DNA of 37,921 nt from a virus, in IMG/VR virus record IMGVR_UViG_3300045988_123646, positions 1-37,921 of that record. One strand, 5' to 3'. A program made the translations under genes and the position numbers. Positions within the stretch are counted from its first letter, which is position 1, and each line of letters opens with the position of its first letter. This document shows, in pieces, positions 33,201 through 37,921 of this stretch. The notes below the pieces were generated by a model. It ran no database searches, was not told the DNA's origin, and worked only from the letters and a program-made list of their open reading frames with translations.

Positions 33201-35995
33201 ATTACGGTGATTTTTACAATGCTTACAATGAGGAAATTATCGAGGAAATAAAAGGCTTTGCCGATTACCTTGATGATAGACTTGAAGGTGTCAAAATCAA
33301 GAAGCAGACACAGGGAGAAAGCCTTATCGAAGGACTCACACACGAAGAGGCTAAGGAAATTGAACAGATTGTCAAAGATGTGTACAACGCAACAAGGGAT
33401 GCTGTTAAGCAGATTGGTAGACAGGATGCTATTACTAACTATGAGTCAGGTTTAAGGATTATTAATCAGACAAGAGAACTCGGTGATGTTAAGCTTAATG
33501 TAATGGACTCATTACTTGACCAAGTATTATCACCGATGCGACTTATGGCGAAGTACACAGGCTACAATGCGGATGCCGAGCTTATGTATCACATCAATGC
33601 TCTTAACGAAGGTACAGAAAAGTACAATATGTTTAAGATGCTTGCCGAAAAGCCTCTCAATGATTTTATCAAAGAAAATCCAAAGGAGTACGAAAGCTTT
33701 AAAAACGATGTCATCGAAATCAAATACCGTGACAATAAGAATGTTGCACAGACTGTCAAAATGACAAAATCACAGGGATTGCAGATACTGATGTCTTGGA
33801 CAAGAGAACATACAGAAGACTCTCACCTTGACCATATGGAGCGAGGCGGTGTTACTCTGCTTGATGCCGAACAGATAAGTAAAGGCAATTATGAAAAGGC
33901 ATTTGCTCAAAGAAAGACTATCAGAGGCATTAATTTAAGTTTCATATCGGCTGTGCAGAGTCAAATGGGAGAGTTTGAAAACCATTATCGTGAACTTGCT
34001 GAAACTCTCTTCAATGAGGTTTCAAATGCTTACATCAATGACACTTCTGCAATTCTTCTTCATCGTGACATTGCAACCGAAAGATACTACATACCTTTTG
34101 CTGTTAATAAAGATTTTCTTTCAACGGAGATTGACGGTCTAAAGTACGATGCGACCATTGTCAACAAGGGTATGCTGAAATCTACGAAAAGAAACGCACC
34201 ACAGGCTCTTAACATTGCAGGACTCGACAGCGTTATATCGAAGCATATAAGAGATGTCGGACAGTATTACGGTTACGCTGTGCCTATTCGCAATCTTAAC
34301 AAGGCACTCAATGTTAAGTTGTTTGACACAAACGAAAACGGTAACAAGATTGCAACAGACTCCGTCCGAAACTCCCTCAGAGAAACCTTTAATTCTGACA
34401 AACCTATTCAGTTTATCGAACAGGTAATGACTGATTTACAGACATCAAGAAAATCAAACTCTCAGACCGAAAAAGCAATCAATAAGATTGTTAGGGCAGT
34501 CAGAGATAATATGATTACATCGGCACTCAAAGGCTCTGTATCGGTAGTTATTAAGCAGGGTGCATCATTGTACACAGCATCAAGCATTCTTTCAATGCGT
34601 TCCGTATCTGTCGGTGCAGTCAAAGGCATTCAGCAGATTGCTCGCAAAGGTGGTTGGAAACAGCTTACAGATGAGATTGATACACACACGGCAGGTCATT
34701 ATATGCGTAGAATTGGCTTGTCATCGATGGAAATTGAGGCAATGAAAGACTCTTGGCTCGGTAAGAAACTGCCCACAGCACTCAACCCTGCAAAATGGAT
34801 ACAGGGTACAGACTGTATTACAACAGCGTTGCATTGGGTGGCTACTAAAGAAGAAGTAAGCCGACTTTATAAAGAACAGGGAAAAGCTGACCAAATAGGC
34901 TCTGATGAATATTTTGACGAGGTCACAAAGTTATATGACCAAATCCTTGAAGAAACACAGCCTATGTATGACAGTTTGCATCGAGGCGAGATACAGAAAA
35001 ATTCAAACGAGTTGTTAAAGTCTGTATTTATGTTCAAAACTCAGCCATTGCAGAACACAGGTATTTTGTATGATGCAATTATGGATTATCAGGCAAACAA
35101 GGACAATGCAGAACTTCGAGATGTCAAGAAACAAAAACTTGCAAAAGCAGTTTCTTCACAGATGATGTCAGCACTTACTTTCGTTGCAATGACCTTTATT
35201 GCATCTCTCGCTCTTCATAAACCTGAACGCTACAAAGATGAAAATGATGAGGTCACTCTTTCATCTGTTCTTGAAAGACTCGGTATTGACTGGGTAGAAA
35301 CAGGATTTAGCGTTCTTGTTCCGATTGGTGGTGCTGAACTTGCATCTTTCATTGAAAATCAGATTAACGGTAAAGATTATGATTTTGCTTCTGACAATGT
35401 TGTGTCAATGCTCAATGACTTTACTTCATCAATCGGTGACTTTAACCAGAATGTTATTGTTGCTCTTGCACAAGGTAATTTTGACCTCGACAAAGCAAAA
35501 GATGCCCTATGGGGATTATCTGTCGATGGTCTTGCATTTTTCAGAGGATTCCCATTGAAGAATTACAGCAATATCATTAACGGTATCTTCTCTAATTTGT
35601 CGGATGCAATCAGCGGTCACAGCACTTACTTCGGTTCATCGGGCGGTCGAAAAGGTAGTGAATACGCAAACTCATATGATGTACTTATTGACAATAACCC
35701 CGAAAAGGCAAAGCAACAGCTTGAAACATTCTACAATGAGAAGTACGAAGAGCAGATTGCAAAAGGCGAAACCACAACAGAGGCTAAGAAAAAAGCACAG
35801 ACCTCTGTCCGTACTGCACTAACTACGCAGTATAAGAAAGAGTATCAAAAAGCATTTCTTAATAATGACCGTGACACAATGCAGAAAATCAACAAGAAAC
35901 TGCAGGAGTCAGGCTATATGAAGTGGGAAGGCAAATCATTGTCAACCGTGTTAGGCGAATGGACTAAGTCAGCTCAAAAAGATTCAAGCAAATAA
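27269..35995 (+). CDS. Giant 2,908-aa polyvalent-type virion protein with an HEXXH metallopeptidase-like domain
   Basis: One uninterrupted ORF with an AAGGAGA RBS. It has coiled-coil regions, glycine-zipper/hydrophobic segments (GGALMGGISG, MMSALTFVAMTFIASLAL), and HELSH at 30371..30385 in the context MMSTFGHELSHLAEH. Confidence 0.75.
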   Translation: MTFRDLLKKKNNDNDSQSTSSVESSSATIDDTQSKNKTMRSTLGQSDRANNKSMLDYLRTQEAVGQEEEEQTDTAQASAGVDIMSRYYNSSQLANKNAQNELSKSTFDSMKNKVDNIAKYYNGSNKLSDDMVSAYKTLSDNGYKSLEEVEENILDGDLPKDVTSAYKYITDNLNKISSTDQQSTDTLGALAKQYVAKHGYTEDTEDYQAYIQNAEDVENYYKNSAKEIQNAMSDFDTEQEYKSAVAQAEEDAKTSDDLQKEYDKKKAEYDSTWGDFNKEYAEIGGSYNNNPFTTQGKNAKKKLQERTDQRTELDNLQKKIDQKKELENEKKYYTDFRKQNPEVAKTLDAYYDMQSYEEEHSKDSFDTYNKDALKEKLEKGKSPTDSLYTDEEKKAIETNFNSLKTLDGWNVDQIYKYYKRAKDREKAEKENENIKDFADKHPIASTAISTLNMIPSAFESSPKQVASVVDKWTGGDGYYNPEESAVYQNNLLQQKVASNIDNPLGRLAYQQGVSLVDNAIRMGIAYANPAVGLSTMGAEAATQGFNDTVENGGSVEQALFTGLAYAGVEVLTEGVSLGKLKSFKNGGVKEFKSILKNAGKQILTEASEEVSATLLDSVADEIINGSLSQLETEYDRYIDSGMSETEAGQAVMLNYGGQIIQDAIGGALMGGISGTAVNTSQYRRNIKAGKSISSLNNIDTVKNLAKHYGLNNSVTDYESNPTDARLGALQSEAYEKATESMPTEKDFKRVIKKANLASDENVVANKLTNGENLTDDDLEKIKKSESLKSLLANDVVNQAKSARFNQQTALLSADTKLFTPSLIEFNAEKSDADANLNNAETLDKFLSENSKNMTINTDTVDKMKDAYNGLEDKIEPDTFAMEYARFFNQGVRAVAFQSLNSTVSQLPYNVQVSAYEDGLNKYTTALKAGNALSKLQQEWKDKTNGYAKGTVDTSALEGIKLNDEQKASVDYISGYANHGLNVKFYASRADENGVYIDDNGGYDSLTNTIMIDINAKKETINDVISKGAMMSTFGHELSHLAEHAPTEYAELSKAIQDAVGADTFNDAVDKHYSILEERNSDKWQKMSEDKRQIYATREAVAEFSSDLVNKAKILEKMSKENPSVGKKFINLIKKVISKIKSILKDNRGMTDEARLLANDLASNAEKLQSIVDKYEKAVIEGLKNQNAKVHTNKSSVKENNTKTQSNTRTGDFLTERERTLVATHNISSQNLMNLINDFDGAGLPVPSIAIEKADSVHDDFGDVTLLFSKDTIDPQNNSNNNVYSRDAWTSTFPQTEYKINAEGLKAIAKKLDLSENYLESNIFNTNDLNGIKRKFLNDRYVRKAFIEENNIEVTPVAYEKKPKFSFFANPTVKSFIKNNNCTFDRLVNDKEFRDAFLKVAKESIRLRIALRQVERFENTLDDCAKSKDVYSDSKESIEYCIEYAKGNAKKEVTEYSYEEGIENAINEHKAEFEKYIDDMLSESGVIGDKYIIRDDVNLYNNDGSRKSFEQTHYDYNIDNVVKAMKVGRSAISNSFFGGIEYAKTISAKNLNSIEEIKSNEHKLQELSADEIETQKENISNLLAPIIREIADSSKYSNREFDDGYIEASNSVVDAFKRYNTIDGVYKYLKQYYGNLKKSTINKLFKARDEIAEMPVRYFEAKPHRVVGFDEVMAVVIPADADEKLKTALKKMDIPMYEYADESQRADATHKAINTEYTDKSGVTYDNLQFSSNRGDFLSNREALAQALETTTINASERNTVKTYQQGLEQMNKLNDKLNEIDSKIKTINAKDNISKSDKAEIASLMKVKAETEEKIVNKDKNLLKLESTEAMRNILKYETSKKIARVREQKNERIAEIRKQETQKRKDAVAKLRKQKNDKIDDIIVKNREKRKADAEKRKDNQDWSHSISEIKKYSKKLLDAVLHPTEKMYIPYGLNEPIKSITSTLLDSINLDNDTKMSDNLRKLSQQLEQVNQSDEHYGDFYNAYNEEIIEEIKGFADYLDDRLEGVKIKKQTQGESLIEGLTHEEAKEIEQIVKDVYNATRDAVKQIGRQDAITNYESGLRIINQTRELGDVKLNVMDSLLDQVLSPMRLMAKYTGYNADAELMYHINALNEGTEKYNMFKMLAEKPLNDFIKENPKEYESFKNDVIEIKYRDNKNVAQTVKMTKSQGLQILMSWTREHTEDSHLDHMERGGVTLLDAEQISKGNYEKAFAQRKTIRGINLSFISAVQSQMGEFENHYRELAETLFNEVSNAYINDTSAILLHRDIATERYYIPFAVNKDFLSTEIDGLKYDATIVNKGMLKSTKRNAPQALNIAGLDSVISKHIRDVGQYYGYAVPIRNLNKALNVKLFDTNENGNKIATDSVRNSLRETFNSDKPIQFIEQVMTDLQTSRKSNSQTEKAINKIVRAVRDNMITSALKGSVSVVIKQGASLYTASSILSMRSVSVGAVKGIQQIARKGGWKQLTDEIDTHTAGHYMRRIGLSSMEIEAMKDSWLGKKLPTALNPAKWIQGTDCITTALHWVATKEEVSRLYKEQGKADQIGSDEYFDEVTKLYDQILEETQPMYDSLHRGEIQKNSNELLKSVFMFKTQPLQNTGILYDAIMDYQANKDNAELRDVKKQKLAKAVSSQMMSALTFVAMTFIASLALHKPERYKDENDEVTLSSVLERLGIDWVETGFSVLVPIGGAELASFIENQINGKDYDFASDNVVSMLNDFTSSIGDFNQNVIVALAQGNFDLDKAKDALWGLSVDGLAFFRGFPLKNYSNIINGIFSNLSDAISGHSTYFGSSGGRKGSEYANSYDVLIDNNPEKAKQQLETFYNEKYEEQIAKGETTTEAKKKAQTSVRTALTTQYKKEYQKAFLNNDRDTMQKINKKLQESGYMKWEGKSLSTVLGEWTKSAQKDSSK

Positions 35996-36061
35996 AAACG
36001 AATCCTGTGTGGTTAGTGTACCGCACAGGATTACCCTATAATTATTTAAAGAGGTGATTTT

Positions 36062-37921
36062 ATGAAATCAAGAACGATGAAGTTTACGCTTGACTGCTCC
36101 AAAGTGGGGAATCAGTTATGCATAGATGGTATCAGACAGGGCGATGCCAACTCTATTGTATTCATCATTTCGCTTGCAAACGGCATCAATTTACTTGATG
36201 TTGTTGCGGGGAAAGAGGAATCTGTTGTTGTGACAATGTACGGCAAAAAAACCGATGGCACAACAATTGTCCGTGATTGCGGAATTAACGAGGACGGCAA
36301 CATCACATACACTATCCACACTCAGGATACAACTTGTGTCGGCATCGTCAGTTATCAGCTTGTTGTTACATCAACAAGAGAGAAAATACTCGCGTCCCCT
36401 GTTTTTAGTACAATGGTCGAAGAACGAAATCTCTTCAAGACTTATACAGTATTGACAGCACGGCCTGATGACTGGGCAGATGGTTACGATAAGTATTATT
36501 ACTATGAAGATGGCAGATTTTACAAGCTGAACCGTTTTGAGAGTGAGCTTGCTCCCAAATGGGTAATCAACAAGTATTACTCTGTCAATGACAATGAAGT
36601 TGAAAGCACATCAGACTTTGATGCCCTTGCATATGCTCTCCTTAGAGCAAAGCAATACTCAGACAGAACCGAGGAATACCTTGCAGAAGTTAAGAAGAAA
36701 GCAGATAAAAGTACCACGCTTGCAGGATACGGTATCACAGATGCCCTACAAAACGCAAAAGGCACAGTAAGTACAAACAACCTTGCCGATAATTGCGTGT
36801 CCTCTAACAAGCTGTCAGCGGATGTTCGGGCAAACATTAACAGCAAAGCTGAATCAGCGAAAGTCAGTCAGCAGTTATCACTCAAGGCAGATGCATCATC
36901 CGTATATACTAAGTCTGAATCTGATGCACTTCTTAAAGCCAAAGCAAACTCGGCAGATGTTGATGCATCTGTCAAAACAATCAACACAACAATTGCGAAC
37001 AACCAAAAAAGTGTGAATGCAAGCCTTAAAAGCCTCAACACAGCATTAACCAATAAAGCCAATACAGATGTTGTCAATGAGGTAAAACAGCGTGCAGAGT
37101 CAAATACAACGGCAATAGAGCTTAAAGTAAGCCGTACCGACTTTAACAACACCGTGACCAATCTCACAAATAGCATTAACGGAAAAGCTGACAGCAATTC
37201 CGTTTATTCAAAGGTTGAAACCGATAATTCGCTCGGTGAAAAAGCAGATAAGGCAGATGTTGATACCTCACTAGCAAACAAAGCTAATCTTGTCAGCAGC
37301 TCGAATATTTTTGATTTCGATGATTGGGCGAAAGGATTGCAGGGGCTTACTACTCCGGTTTACAGAGGCACTCTCGACAAAGTAGATTATAGCGAAAAAT
37401 CAATTACTTTTACCGGTAATGAAGCTCGTTCGTACACTAACGGATGGAATTCGTCAGCACCGCAATCTATGAGAATAGCAGTTAAGCCAAATACAAAATA
37501 TTTATTTTCGTGCTTACCATCGTCAAAAAAATGCGAAGCAGATGTTTTCTTGAATGGAATTACAGCTAATCACTTTGAGCTAAAAGGGGGCTTTGGTTCA
37601 TTTACAACGGCAGAGGACACAACTTATATTTTGATTCGGTTTGTTTATTCCGAAATAGGATTTTTCAAGGTGTCCAAAATTATGATCGCCGAAAAAGAAT
37701 CAATCTACTTACCAAATACAGTCGCAGAAGGCGTCCCAGAGGTTGCAAACGAGGTTTTTGCGTTTGAAAAGACAACCCAAGCTTCACTTGACGGTAAATA
37801 CGATTCAGCGAACATAGAGAGCGGTACATCAACACTCACACCGTATTCAACCGTCACCGATAAAATCAAAAGTGCAAGCTGTACATATAAGACGATTGGT
37901 GACATCGTAATCGTCAGTGCA
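36062..37921 (+). CDS. Tail fibre / receptor-binding protein, N-terminal 620 codons (continues at 1..328)
   Basis: AGAGGTGA RBS. The BppU-like N-terminal domain (MKFTLD...) is followed by a long run of K-A-D/S-containing helical repeats (SKAESAKVSQQLSLKADASSVYTKSESDALLKAKANSADVD). The ORF has no stop before the window end. Confidence 0.75.
   Translation, partial: MKSRTMKFTLDCSKVGNQLCIDGIRQGDANSIVFIISLANGINLLDVVAGKEESVVVTMYGKKTDGTTIVRDCGINEDGNITYTIHTQDTTCVGIVSYQLVVTSTREKILASPVFSTMVEERNLFKTYTVLTARPDDWADGYDKYYYYEDGRFYKLNRFESELAPKWVINKYYSVNDNEVESTSDFDALAYALLRAKQYSDRTEEYLAEVKKKADKSTTLAGYGITDALQNAKGTVSTNNLADNCVSSNKLSADVRANINSKAESAKVSQQLSLKADASSVYTKSESDALLKAKANSADVDASVKTINTTIANNQKSVNASLKSLNTALTNKANTDVVNEVKQRAESNTTAIELKVSRTDFNNTVTNLTNSINGKADSNSVYSKVETDNSLGEKADKADVDTSLANKANLVSSSNIFDFDDWAKGLQGLTTPVYRGTLDKVDYSEKSITFTGNEARSYTNGWNSSAPQSMRIAVKPNTKYLFSCLPSSKKCEADVFLNGITANHFELKGGFGSFTTAEDTTYILIRFVYSEIGFFKVSKIMIAEKESIYLPNTVAEGVPEVANEVFAFEKTTQASLDGKYDSANIESGTSTLTPYSTVTDKIKSASCTYKTIGDIVIVSA
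37837..37921. repeat. Direct terminal repeat, right copy
   Basis: Exact 85-nt copy of 1..85. Confidence 0.9.

Larger units (their letters stand above)
1..37921. mobile_element. Complete temperate phage genome, circularly closed (unique length 37,836 bp); podovirus-like virion module; Gram-positive-type host
   Basis: 1..85 is identical to 37837..37921. Integration, immunity, replication, lysis, packaging, capsid and tail modules are all present, and the tail-fibre ORF reads in frame through the junction. Confidence 0.85.

Noticed and set aside
27269-35995. Calling the giant ORF a tape measure protein or an N4-like virion RNA polymerase
   Set aside because: No tail tube or chaperone genes accompany it, and I could not recognise polymerase motifs by eye. 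Only the HEXXH block is directly supported, so the call is left generic.
1-37921. Diversity-generating retroelement, retron, or classical defence systems (RT, cyclase, nuclease-helicase cassettes)
   Set aside because: No reverse-transcriptase-like ORF or template/variable repeat pair was seen, and no large unexplained enzyme cassette. All large ORFs are accounted for by phage functions.

Overview
The window is a complete, circularly closed temperate phage genome. Its unique length is 37,836 bp: the first 85 nt recur exactly at the end, and a 700-aa tail-fibre ORF reads in frame across that junction. Signals point to a low-GC Gram-positive host (GGAGG-type RBSs, holin plus GH25 endolysin, Prp-type protease). 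Module order is as follows. (1) attP, a tRNA 3-prime fragment flanked by phased TTGACGAA repeats. (2) A tyrosine integrase, a small membrane protein and a cI-like repressor, all on the minus strand. (3) Divergent consensus promoters sharing ACACGA operator boxes. (4) Early genes: Gp157, ERF annealase, SSB, a replisome organiser with internal iterons, a DUF1064 nuclease-like protein, methylase 1 and dUTPase. (5) An antisense structured orphan transcription unit. (6) A lysis cassette, then methylase 2. (7) A 1.2-kb accessory island. (8) terS, terL, portal, Prp-like protease, scaffold and major capsid. (9) A tail module with no tube, sheath or tape-measure genes (podovirus-like), which includes a 2,908-aa polyvalent-type virion protein carrying an HEXXH motif. 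The most interesting region is the accessory island (about 12.77-13.97 kb). It holds tandem promoter-plus-hairpin small-RNA units with no credible ORFs. One unit carries a solitary, near-canonical Cas12a (type V-A) CRISPR repeat handle (AATTTCTACTGTGGTAGAT) followed by a spacer-like stretch, making it a candidate RNA anti-CRISPR or hijacking crRNA. Next to it is a minus-strand operon encoding a strongly acidic 74-aa protein and a small HTH protein (acr-aca-like architecture). All family assignments rest on motifs read by eye in the translations; no database search was possible.
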